64,000 nt of DNA from a bacterium (GTDB lineage Bacteria; SAR324; JACQKK01): the NCBI GenBank assembly GCA_965240465.1, contig OZ251219.1, positions 1-64,000 of the forward strand. The letters run 5' to 3'. Position 1 is the first letter of the stretch. Each line of letters begins with the position of its first letter. The position numbers and the translations under genes were made by a program. Under the pieces are notes generated by a model, which did not search any database, had not been told where the DNA came from, and was given only the letters and a program-made list of their open reading frames with translations. Below, piece after piece: positions 29,445 to 38,812 of the stretch.

Positions 29445-29645
29445 TATTTAACGACTGCGACAACATAGCATATTAACTTTTATTTATTTTAGGAAATAAT
29501 CTGGTTATTACTTGTATTTAAGTAAATACTGCGTGATAATAGTAAGAGGTAATGTAATAAGCCTTGATTAACACTAATTCTTACATCCTTGATATATTAA
29601 AAAATTGATGATTAAGCTAAACAAATTCAGAAAAAAAGGTTAAAA

Positions 29646-31808
29646 ATGCAAAGATTCTTTCATACTGCGATTATATTTTCATTTGTTTTCCTTCTTTTAA
29701 GTGGTTGTGGGGGAGGCAATAATACTAGTAGTAGTAGTGTCTCTGCAACAACACCCGAGGGGCTTCCCGATAAAGACGGCGACGGAGTGGACGATGATAG
29801 TGATGCCTTCCCCGATGACGCCGCGGAGAGTGTAGATTCAGACGGCGATGGCATCGGCAACAATGAAGACCTTAACGATGACAATGACGAGTTTCTTGAC
29901 ACGGATGACGTCGATAGCAATGGCAATGGCCTAATTGAATTACTTGATAGCACTATGCTGGATGCCGTTCGCAATGATTTAACAGGTGCTAGCTACAAAG
30001 CAACCGCCACTGATATCGGCGATAGCATAGGGTGCCCGCTCAATGGTTGCACAGGCTACGAAATATTGACTGATATAGATTTATCATCATTAGATAATTG
30101 GACTCCGATTGGAGGAAAATTGAATCTTTCAACAGTACCAGAAGATTTCGGTAGCACCTTTAACGGTAATGGTAAAGCCATCCTCAATATGAATATTAGC
30201 AGCTCCTCCAATCGGTTGGGATTGTTTGCTAACATTTCGGGCACTGTCACCGATCTAAAAGTAGATTCTGCCAGAATTGTTGGTGATGGGACACCAGATG
30301 GTACGCAGATTGGTGCCTTAGCAGCAAGTAGTTCAGTAACTGCGGTTATCAGCAATAATTCTGTAGATAGAACTACTATAAATGCATCGTCCAGCAAGGA
30401 TATCATCGGTGGGATAGTGGGTTATAATTTGGGTACAATTGATAATGGTTCTTCCAATTTAACTATCGGTGGTGGTGGCAATGCCGACTTTATCGGTGGG
30501 ATAGTAGGGTCTAACCCAGGAACTATTAAAAATAGTTCCTCCAGTGTTTCCAGTAATGGCAATGCTGGCGACGATGCTATCGGCGGAATAGCAGGATATA
30601 ACACTAGCACTATAAGAAATAGCTACTCCAAAGGAGCCAATTTATCGGGCGATGATGACAGAGATTTATTGGGAGGTATAGTAGGCAGGAGTGAAAGCAC
30701 AAATGCCACTATCCTAGACAGCTACTCTGACAAACTTGTGATAGCGGGCAACGCTGATGATGATACCATCGGTGGAATAGCAGGATATAGCACTGGCACT
30801 ATAAGAAATAGCTACTCCAAAGGAGCCAATTTATCGGGCAATGATGACAGAGATTACGTGGGGGGCGTAGTAGGCAGGGGTGGAAGCACAAGTGTTACTA
30901 TCATAAACAGCTACTCTGAGAAATCCGTACTTAAAGGTAACAGTGGACATGATTATGTAGGTGGAGTAATCGGGAAGCTAGAAGGAGGAAATGCTCGGTC
31001 GGTGTACAACACCGGTAATGTGCAAGGCAATGAAGGTTCAGATTCTGTTGGTGGGTTAATCGGCCAAAATGATTCCGAACTTAGAGAAGGCTACAGTACT
31101 GGAAATATCTATGGAAATGCTGGTAATGACAATGTAGGAGGATTGGTAGGGTTAAACAATGGCAATGTTCTTTATTCTTACGCTAATGATGGAGTAGTGA
31201 AGGGAGATACTGGCAATGATAATGTGGGGGGATTAATTGGATTAAGCAAACCCACTAGCGAAATAGCCCTGACAAATAGCTATTCCAACATCAATGTTTA
31301 TGGTGGTGAAGGGATGGATTCGGTAGGCGGAACAGTTGGAAAAATTCAATCAACGAGTGCCAAGTCTGTATTTGAATACATCTACTCTAGGGGAAGAATC
31401 TTTGGTGATAGCGGCGTAGACACAATAGGAGGAATCATAGGAACCGCGATAAATTTTAGGATCAAAAATAGTTATACCACCGTTAATGTTGACGGCGGTG
31501 CTGAAGTGGATAAAGTAGGCGGAATGGTTGGGGCTTATGATTCCTCAGCCTATTCTGAAATCAGCAAATCTTATCGTTCTGGTAGTGGAAACCCCGACGG
31601 TACATCAGAACTTAATTACTCACAAGATAGCACTAATGGTGGTGGCAGCGGATTGCCACCAGGAGAAATAACTATCAAAGAATGGACGATTAATAACGTC
31701 CCGTGGCCTACAAATGTTTCCAATTTATACTGGGACTTTGGTACCAATAAACAGCTTCCAGCCTTAAAAGCGAACGGTTCTTCAAAGTTATTACCCGGAC
31801 AAAGATAA
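29646..31808 (+). CDS. Surface lipoprotein with Asp-rich TSP3-like Ca-binding repeats and GLUG repeats
   Basis: LLSGC lipobox; DKDGDGVDDDSDAFPDD...DSDGDGIG; many (I/V)GG(I/L/V)xG repeats; WDFGT..LPAL end. Confidence 0.8.
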   Translation: MQRFFHTAIIFSFVFLLLSGCGGGNNTSSSSVSATTPEGLPDKDGDGVDDDSDAFPDDAAESVDSDGDGIGNNEDLNDDNDEFLDTDDVDSNGNGLIELLDSTMLDAVRNDLTGASYKATATDIGDSIGCPLNGCTGYEILTDIDLSSLDNWTPIGGKLNLSTVPEDFGSTFNGNGKAILNMNISSSSNRLGLFANISGTVTDLKVDSARIVGDGTPDGTQIGALAASSSVTAVISNNSVDRTTINASSSKDIIGGIVGYNLGTIDNGSSNLTIGGGGNADFIGGIVGSNPGTIKNSSSSVSSNGNAGDDAIGGIAGYNTSTIRNSYSKGANLSGDDDRDLLGGIVGRSESTNATILDSYSDKLVIAGNADDDTIGGIAGYSTGTIRNSYSKGANLSGNDDRDYVGGVVGRGGSTSVTIINSYSEKSVLKGNSGHDYVGGVIGKLEGGNARSVYNTGNVQGNEGSDSVGGLIGQNDSELREGYSTGNIYGNAGNDNVGGLVGLNNGNVLYSYANDGVVKGDTGNDNVGGLIGLSKPTSEIALTNSYSNINVYGGEGMDSVGGTVGKIQSTSAKSVFEYIYSRGRIFGDSGVDTIGGIIGTAINFRIKNSYTTVNVDGGAEVDKVGGMVGAYDSSAYSEISKSYRSGSGNPDGTSELNYSQDSTNGGGSGLPPGEITIKEWTINNVPWPTNVSNLYWDFGTNKQLPALKANGSSKLLPGQR

Positions 31809-31900
31809 AAACTATGGAGCTAATCCGTGGGAATGGCGGATGGCGGGAAATTCCTCGGCAACCTTGCTGGTACTTTATCCACTGGATTCGGGTTTAGCTG

Positions 31901-32368
31901 CTATAGAGCTGGCTGGGTGGTAGATTTAGCGATGCGTTTGGTTTCCATCATCAGGCTGTGATTGACGACCAGCATGCTTTGCAAACGCCGTACTAATAGA
32001 CGCTCATGAGGATCTAGACGGTTATCAGCAAAGAGTACCTTCCAAATCATAATCAGTATTTCTTTTTTCTGGGATTGATCCAGGTGCTGGGAAAGAGTAT
32101 GAGTGAATGGCCAAAGGTCTGATTGTTTTTCCATTTCCTGCTTGGCTTGTTGAATAATATCTTGAGCGAGTTGGGTATCAATTTGAAAATGCTGTTTTAA
32201 GGATTTTAGGATAATCTGTTGTTCGGTATGAGTAATTTGCTCATCTATTTCTGCGGCTTCTAGCAAAATGGCACAAACTGCTAGGGGGAGGTTAATTTGT
32301 TTTTCAGTTTGGCGGGTTATTTTTTCGGTTTTAATAATAGAGTTAATCCAGTTTTTCATGATGAGCAA
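31901..32368 (-). CDS. TerB-family protein
   Basis: LLEAAEIDEQI...E...WKVLFADNRLDPHE. Confidence 0.75.
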   Translation of the reverse strand: MLIMKNWINSIIKTEKITRQTEKQINLPLAVCAILLEAAEIDEQITHTEQQIILKSLKQHFQIDTQLAQDIIQQAKQEMEKQSDLWPFTHTLSQHLDQSQKKEILIMIWKVLFADNRLDPHERLLVRRLQSMLVVNHSLMMETKRIAKSTTQPAL

Positions 32369-34275
32369 TTTTGTTGAAGGAAGTAAAAAAAGCGGGGGCT
32401 TATAACGGGAAGCTGGGGAGGAAGAAATAGTGGTCCTGGTGGTGGAGAGGGAATCAGGAGTAGCTGCGAGGGCATAGATTGTTGTAACAGGTTTTGTAGT
32501 GAATTTGGCTGTTTGAGTATCCTTAATCTTTCAATAAATATTAGTTGCCAAGGAGATACTTGTGCTAGTCCTTTTTCCAGAGCGATGCGTGCTCGTTGTT
32601 TTTGTCCTTGGGCAATTGCCGTTCGGCTAAGTCCTTCCAACAGCAGGGGACTATTGGGAAAGGTATTTAGGGCTCGGTTATAGATGCGTTGGGCTTCTTT
32701 GACTTGTCCATTAAGATGTAGCATATCTCCTGCGAGACGGGCAGCCCATCCATTGGTAGCAGGACTACTAAGCCAAGGACGCAGAGTATTTTGTGCCGCC
32801 CGAGTTTTCTTTAGAGCGTTCAGGGAAATAGCTTTTAATATCTGCACCCGCCAAGGAGAAATGCCAAACTCGGTATCCTGTGCTGATATTTGAGATACGA
32901 TAGAAAGAGCTTTAGAGTATCGCTGAGTAAGGTATGCCTGTCTGGCACGGGCAAAGGCGACATGCTGAGGTGCTGCCAGTGGGCCGATAGAGTTAATAAT
33001 ATCCAAGGCTTGCTGGAAATCCTGTGCCAGAGTGGCTATATCAACCTTAAGCAGTAATGCTTGGGTGTCATGTGGTGAGTGTTCCAAGTACTTATTAAGA
33101 AGTCGCTGGGCTTCTTCTTGTCTAGATTGTTGGATCAGAACCGCAATACGCAACAAATGGGTGTGACGATGATTAGATTGAATTCTTTCAGCTTGTTCAA
33201 TCTCTACTTGGGCCAGGTCTGATCGGCTGAGAGATAGATAGACCGAAGCACGCATGCGTCGTACCCAAGGAGTTACCGCATGAGCCGAAGATAAATTAAG
33301 TACCTGCTGTAATGTTTCCAGCACTTGCTGAGGCTGATAAGCTTGCAATTGCATCTGAGCAAGTACCAAGCGGGTTTTTACATCTTTGGGATATTTTTGT
33401 TGTCGTGCTTGGAGCAGTGCTTGGGCGGATTTGGGTTGTCCTTTGCTTTGCGTTAACAAGGCTCTATAGATGTGAGAGTTAGTAAGTGAGACATCGGAAG
33501 CAAAGGAACTCTGTAGGGCTTGGGACAATTCCTGCCAGCGTGCTAGCCGCCAGAGGAAATCAATACGTTCTTCAATGAGGCATTGGCTATGAGGATATTT
33601 CTTTAATCCATCATCCAATATTTTCAGTGCCTGCTGCGACCTCCCATAAAGATGTTCCAAACGTGCCATTAGCACCCTAACCACAGGGCTCTCAGACAGA
33701 CCATTCAGGCGTGCCGAAGCCAAATACAGCTGACCGCTATCCAGAAGTATTTCTGCTAAGGCTTCATCCAGAGCAGAACGGCGGCCAGAATTAATTTCAG
33801 TTTGCTGCAAAATATTTTCCGCCTGTTGCCACTTACCTTGCTCAGCCAAAACGCTTCCTAGTAACAACCCTGTCTGCCAATCACGGGGAGAAACCACTAC
33901 CGCCTGTTCCAATATCTGTAGTGCCTGAATACTATACCCATTCGCTAACAAGGCTTGACCTAAAATAATCAAATTCTTGCCCTGTAGAGGTTGCAAACGC
34001 CAGGCAACTTCAGCCTCAGATTGGGCTTCCTGAGTATCTCCCCTTGCCAATAAAAACTGTGCCAGCTCCCTATGTGCTCTTGCACTACCAGCACGACGCT
34101 CAACCCTAGCACGCAAATTACGCTCCTCTCCCCCTACCTCAGCACCAAACTTTCCCTCCAACCCTGCAGTACCTGAACTACAACCCAGTGAACCAGCTAT
34201 CAACATCCCGAACGCTAGAAAAACACACGCCTGCCTAACTACCCAACATTTGACAATCAAAAACACACTCATCAA
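32356..34275 (-). CDS. TPR-repeat lipoprotein
   Basis: SLGC lipobox; helical TPR-like repeats (A..L...L...P). Confidence 0.75.
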   Translation of the reverse strand: MMSVFLIVKCWVVRQACVFLAFGMLIAGSLGCSSGTAGLEGKFGAEVGGEERNLRARVERRAGSARAHRELAQFLLARGDTQEAQSEAEVAWRLQPLQGKNLIILGQALLANGYSIQALQILEQAVVVSPRDWQTGLLLGSVLAEQGKWQQAENILQQTEINSGRRSALDEALAEILLDSGQLYLASARLNGLSESPVVRVLMARLEHLYGRSQQALKILDDGLKKYPHSQCLIEERIDFLWRLARWQELSQALQSSFASDVSLTNSHIYRALLTQSKGQPKSAQALLQARQQKYPKDVKTRLVLAQMQLQAYQPQQVLETLQQVLNLSSAHAVTPWVRRMRASVYLSLSRSDLAQVEIEQAERIQSNHRHTHLLRIAVLIQQSRQEEAQRLLNKYLEHSPHDTQALLLKVDIATLAQDFQQALDIINSIGPLAAPQHVAFARARQAYLTQRYSKALSIVSQISAQDTEFGISPWRVQILKAISLNALKKTRAAQNTLRPWLSSPATNGWAARLAGDMLHLNGQVKEAQRIYNRALNTFPNSPLLLEGLSRTAIAQGQKQRARIALEKGLAQVSPWQLIFIERLRILKQPNSLQNLLQQSMPSQLLLIPSPPPGPLFLPPQLPVISPRFFYFLQQNCSS

Positions 34276-35045
34276 GAACCTCTCTTCTTCTTTCTGGAAC
34301 CCAAATCCAGCCGTAATACTTTAGCTGATGGCCCCTCATTCCCTTGGTTATCCACCAATCGCAAAGTGAACTCCCTAGCTACCCGAGCATCACCAGCTAC
34401 GGGAAACCATACCCACTGTGTAGATGTCAGCGGTTCCTTGTTTAGTGGGCGTAAGGACCAATCCTCCCCTTCAGTACGACCATATATGTTGACCCTTACT
34501 CCTCCAATCAAATCATCAACTGGCTGCCAAAACAAGCGTATAGCATCCGTACCCAAACGTTTCAAACTTAAGTGCCACCTAGGAATATCCACCATCCCAA
34601 TAAATAACTTACTCTCTGTCTCAGCTCCAAATCCGCCGTTTAGCAACTTCACACTAACCCCCGCTTGCAAAGAATACTCCCGTACATCCCTCAAAAGAAC
34701 ATATCGCCAAGCACCTTCTGAACGATATTGCATCCCAGCTCCCCCCTTTGCTATCTCTACCCCATCTAATTCTCTAAACAGTTCTTCGGCTACCTTCCAA
34801 ATCTTCCGCTCTTTTGGCTCACACAGAACACATCCGCGTACTAGGTACTCCACCCTCAAACGCCACTCAGCTACTTCTGTACCAACAACCCTGCTCATTC
34901 GCCAACCTAGCCACATGTTGCCATCAATATGGCGTAACTCTACTTCCATAGGCCGTGGACGCAACAAAAAACCCGGCTGTGGTGCCAAATTAGAACCACA
35001 ACCTACCAATACTAACCACAACAATCCAAAGCCTAAATTCCTCAT
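34272..35045 (-). CDS. Hypothetical lipoprotein (FN3-like)
   Basis: LVGCG..P.P, CVLC, LFW...NIY...PLN...VD.QGNEG. Confidence 0.55.
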   Translation of the reverse strand: MRNLGFGLLWLVLVGCGSNLAPQPGFLLRPRPMEVELRHIDGNMWLGWRMSRVVGTEVAEWRLRVEYLVRGCVLCEPKERKIWKVAEELFRELDGVEIAKGGAGMQYRSEGAWRYVLLRDVREYSLQAGVSVKLLNGGFGAETESKLFIGMVDIPRWHLSLKRLGTDAIRLFWQPVDDLIGGVRVNIYGRTEGEDWSLRPLNKEPLTSTQWVWFPVAGDARVAREFTLRLVDNQGNEGPSAKVLRLDLGSRKKKRGS

Positions 35046-35067
35046 AAAAAACTCCCCAAACTATTAC

Positions 35068-35529
35068 CTAACCTTCCAATTCCAATAACTCGCGCTTAAG
35101 CCACAAACCTCCTCCATACCCACCTAACCCCCCATCCCATGATATTACCCGATGACAAGGCACTACCACAGATAATAAATTACTCCCCAACGCACCACCA
35201 ACAGCCCTAGCTCCACCATCGCAACCCAAACGACTTGCCAAGCTACCATAACTCAAGGTCTCGCCATACTTGATTTCAGCTAACTCCTTCCACACCCCAC
35301 AACGAAAATCACTCCCTTCCATCCGCAAGGGTAAATCAAACTCTCTTAGTTCTCCACTAAAGTACAAACTAAACTGACGCTCAACCGCTCTAAAAGACCT
35401 GGCATCACGCTCCCAATCATTAACCCGAGGTACCGTCATATGCTCCTTAAAACAAATACCCTCCACCTGCTTACCATCACCCCACGCCAATATTTCTCCA
35501 TAGGGACTATCAAACTGATGAAACAACAT
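35068..35529 (-). CDS. ogt: Methylated-DNA-protein-cysteine methyltransferase
   Basis: YGETLSYG, ARAVGGA, VVPCHRVI, GGYGGG. Confidence 0.93.
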   Translation of the reverse strand: MLFHQFDSPYGEILAWGDGKQVEGICFKEHMTVPRVNDWERDARSFRAVERQFSLYFSGELREFDLPLRMEGSDFRCGVWKELAEIKYGETLSYGSLASRLGCDGGARAVGGALGSNLLSVVVPCHRVISWDGGLGGYGGGLWLKRELLELEG

Positions 35530-35718
35530 GGCATACTCCTTTAACTACATAATTGTTTGATTATAGAAGTCTGGTGAAATTTCAGGCATAAAACAATCAT
35601 GAACCACGAATTTATTGTTGTTTGTGAAAAATAAATCAGTTTCCTTGGCTGTGCTTAGCTGTGCTTAGCTATCTAGTATCAAGGAATATATGCTAGTAAC
35701 GATGCTCGGGGAGGGAGT

Positions 35719-37389
35719 GTGCATTTGCTGAGGCCAGAGATGGAAGCATCATTAGAGCAGAGATTATGCAAGCATTTTGCTCAAAGACGGCCCGTAGTGC
35801 TGATTATATTAGACGGCTGGGGCTTGGGAGATGGAGGATCGGGCGATGCCATACATCTTGCACGTACAACAGCCACTGATGGCTTAACTGAGCAATATCC
35901 GTACACTCAGTTATGGACGCATGGGCCTTATGTAGGCTTACCTACAGAGGGCGATTTGGGTGGATCTGAAGTTGGTCACATAACTTTGGGAGCAGGGAGA
36001 ATTATCCATCAGGGAGCTACACGCATCAAGCAAGCCTTAGCCGAGGGGGAATTTTTTGCTACCGATGCTGCAAAGCATATTTTTGTCAATTGCATAAAGC
36101 ATGATAGTGCTCTTCATTTATTGGGATTGCTATCGGACGGGAATGTTCATAGTCATATTGAGCATTTCATGGCTTTTGTGGATGAGGCTTCCAAGCGAGG
36201 AATCAGGCGATTATATGTACATGCCCTGCTTGATGGTCGTGATGTTCCATATCAATCGGCATTGAAATATATACAAATGATGGAGGATAAACTGCGGCGG
36301 GTCAGCGGCGAGAATAAAGATTACGCCATTGCCAGTGGTGGAGGGAGGGAACAAATCACGATGGATAGAGACAAGATTTGGTCACGAGTAGAGCTGGGCT
36401 GGCAGACACACGTGCATGGTCAGGCGAAATTACGCGTATCCTGTGCTGAGGAGGCAATTTTAGTTGCACGGAAGCAGCATCCAAAAATGATAGACCAAGA
36501 TTTACCTCCCTTTGTGGTGGTACGTAATGGCGAGCCCTTAGGAGCAATGCAAGATGGCGATTCAGTAGTGTTTATGAATTTTCGCAGCGATAGAGCAATC
36601 GAGTTCACCACCGCCATGTTGGCAGATGACTTTAACGGCTTTCAACGGGGAAAACGTCCCAAGGTGGTGTTCGGCGGCATGACCACCTATGATGAAGACC
36701 TTAACCTTCCTCCTCTTAACATGCAACCTCCTGTGAAGGTCAATAACCCGCTGGGAGACCGCCTCAGGAAGTTAGGACTAAGGCAGTTTCGGTTAGCAGA
36801 GACCCAAAAATTTCCTCATGTCACCTTCTTTTTTAATGGCGGTCGTCGGGAAGCATATCCTGATGAAACCTACACCCTCATCCCCTCTGACAAGCTAACT
36901 TCATTTATCCAAGCTCCCAAAATGCAAGCAGCCAAGATAGCCCAAGCTGCAACCTCGCTAATCGCCAGTGGGGAATATCAATTTGGGCTCGTCAATTTTG
37001 CCAATCCAGATATGGTCGGGCATACAGGCGATATATCTGCCGTCAAGCAAGCCGTCCAAGCTACCGATAATGCCCTCGGGCAAGTCCTGCAAGCCATTGA
37101 AAAAGCTGGTGGAACAGCCATCGTTACCGCAGACCACGGCAATGCTGATGAAATGCTGGTGATAAACCCTCGCACCCACCAACCAGAACCTAGCACCAAG
37201 CACTCGCTAAACCCTGTTCCTCTGTGGCTTTTTGATCCTATTACCAAAAATTCTCAGCGTCCTTATCAGCTACGACCCTGCCCGCCCGACAACCCCAATA
37301 CACTGGCTAATATCGCGGCAACTATTTTTATTATGCTAGCTGAAATGCCACCCAATGATCTGCATAACCACCTTTTCATCCTTAATTGA
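35719..37389 (+). CDS. gpmI: 2,3-BPG-independent phosphoglycerate mutase
   Basis: LIILDGWG, SEVGH, LSDGNVHSH, LDGRD, AETQKFPHVTFFFNG, NPDMVGHTG, TADHGN. Confidence 0.96.
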   Translation: MHLLRPEMEASLEQRLCKHFAQRRPVVLIILDGWGLGDGGSGDAIHLARTTATDGLTEQYPYTQLWTHGPYVGLPTEGDLGGSEVGHITLGAGRIIHQGATRIKQALAEGEFFATDAAKHIFVNCIKHDSALHLLGLLSDGNVHSHIEHFMAFVDEASKRGIRRLYVHALLDGRDVPYQSALKYIQMMEDKLRRVSGENKDYAIASGGGREQITMDRDKIWSRVELGWQTHVHGQAKLRVSCAEEAILVARKQHPKMIDQDLPPFVVVRNGEPLGAMQDGDSVVFMNFRSDRAIEFTTAMLADDFNGFQRGKRPKVVFGGMTTYDEDLNLPPLNMQPPVKVNNPLGDRLRKLGLRQFRLAETQKFPHVTFFFNGGRREAYPDETYTLIPSDKLTSFIQAPKMQAAKIAQAATSLIASGEYQFGLVNFANPDMVGHTGDISAVKQAVQATDNALGQVLQAIEKAGGTAIVTADHGNADEMLVINPRTHQPEPSTKHSLNPVPLWLFDPITKNSQRPYQLRPCPPDNPNTLANIAATIFIMLAEMPPNDLHNHLFILN

Positions 37390-37408
37390 TAAAATAGGAG
37401 GCGTATAC

Positions 37409-38188
37409 ATGAATATCCTTGCTGGATTCTCACCGTTGTTTCTTAAGAATTCTTCCCTTACTCATATCACCCCTAAAAAACCCATCCACCTTGATTTTAC
37501 CGAAACACTCTTCAACCAACAACAAAACCTCTCCAATCTGTCCCATGGCTACCTGGGCAGAGGCATCGTACAGGGGCTGGCTACCGATGGACAACATGCC
37601 CTCCAAGTTTATTGGCTGATGGGTCGCAGCCCCAGTAGTAAGGCACGTCGTCTGATAATTGAAAAAAATAAGCTGCTTATCCAAGCAACAGGCAAAGCCG
37701 AACTCAAAAACCCCGAACTATTGCTTTATACCGCCATGAATAGCTGTAAAAAACACTGGATTGTTTCCAACGGTCAGCACACGGAATTACTCGTCCAAGC
37801 GGCACAGAAAAATACTCACCCCCTCACCGCCATCTACACCCTACAGCCCGAACCCGATGAACATCTCACCCCACGCATCGCCGCAGGCATAACCCCAGAA
37901 AAATCATGCTGGCTTGCTATCGTCCAGCAAGGAAAACACCGCACCTTCACTTATCCTCTACAACCCCAATCTGCATTCGGAATCCACACCTATCAACCTC
38001 CAACTACTCAACCCCTGACCCCTTTCTCCAAACTGCCACTACCCTTGCCTCTCCTAAATCCCCAAGAGACCGCCAATTCATACTGGCAACACCTTAACCC
38101 GAAAACACGCATTGCTCTCGCAGTACGTAGCATTAACCTTGAAAAACAAACCTGCCAATTCTACCTCCCAACTGATACCCAACCTTGA
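37409..38188 (+). CDS. IMP cyclohydrolase-like (PurO-type) protein
   Basis: YLGRGIV, YWLMGRSPSS.AR, LLLY, IVSNG.HT, EPD..TPRI, GIHTY; ATG after AGGAGG. Confidence 0.7.
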   Translation: MNILAGFSPLFLKNSSLTHITPKKPIHLDFTETLFNQQQNLSNLSHGYLGRGIVQGLATDGQHALQVYWLMGRSPSSKARRLIIEKNKLLIQATGKAELKNPELLLYTAMNSCKKHWIVSNGQHTELLVQAAQKNTHPLTAIYTLQPEPDEHLTPRIAAGITPEKSCWLAIVQQGKHRTFTYPLQPQSAFGIHTYQPPTTQPLTPFSKLPLPLPLLNPQETANSYWQHLNPKTRIALAVRSINLEKQTCQFYLPTDTQP

Positions 38189-38239
38189 CAAAACCTTGAC
38201 AACAATGGTGAATATTGTTAGCATCCAGAAAAATCCTCA

Positions 38240-38719
38240 GTGGAGAGTATGGGACAAAAAGCATCAAAAAATCACTCTAAGCCTTCGCTCTGGAGGCTAT
38301 CGGGAAGAAGAGTCCGACTGTCTTATTTGGGATGGAGCTTCTTAATCGGACTGGTTGCGGTCTTGATTGCTTTTTCGCTTGATGCCCTTTTTTTCCTCTT
38401 AATTGGTGGTCGGGCATTAGACTTTGCTGTGCTAATAGGCGAAGACCCTAGTATTTTCTTTAAGCTACTACTTGTTCCATCTTATTGGCTACAAATTTGC
38501 GTTTCGGCTCAGCGTTGCCAAGACATTGGTTGGCACAAAAAGTGGGCGTTCTTGCATTTGCCTTACTATGTTACTTACACCTTCGGTATCAGCCAGATTG
38601 CCGCTACCATCTTCAGTATTGTTGGTTTAATCCTTTGGCTAATTCTGATTTTCAAAGCTGGTGATAAAAGCAACAATCGTTATGGACCTCCGCCAGCAAA
38701 GCTGAGGAAAGCAGAATAA
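38240..38719 (+). CDS. DUF805 inner-membrane protein
   Basis: LSGRR.RLSY, QRCQDIG, G....NRYGPPP. Confidence 0.8.
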   Translation: MESMGQKASKNHSKPSLWRLSGRRVRLSYLGWSFLIGLVAVLIAFSLDALFFLLIGGRALDFAVLIGEDPSIFFKLLLVPSYWLQICVSAQRCQDIGWHKKWAFLHLPYYVTYTFGISQIAATIFSIVGLILWLILIFKAGDKSNNRYGPPPAKLRKAE

Positions 38720-38749
38720 GCAAGGTTCACACCTAGCAGATTAGCGGTC

Positions 38750-38812
38750 ACTAATTAGGAGTACTATTAGGAATTACTAATTAGGAATTACTTATTAGGA
38801 ATTACTAATTAG
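38750..38812. repeat. 14-15 bp tandem repeat (ctaattaggaatta) at the lon stop
   Basis: About 5 degenerate copies; the last contains the lon TAG. Confidence 0.85.

Noticed and set aside
34366-35088. 240-aa + strand ORF
   Set aside because: Antisense shadow of a lipoprotein gene; stop-poor because of the extreme C/A skew.
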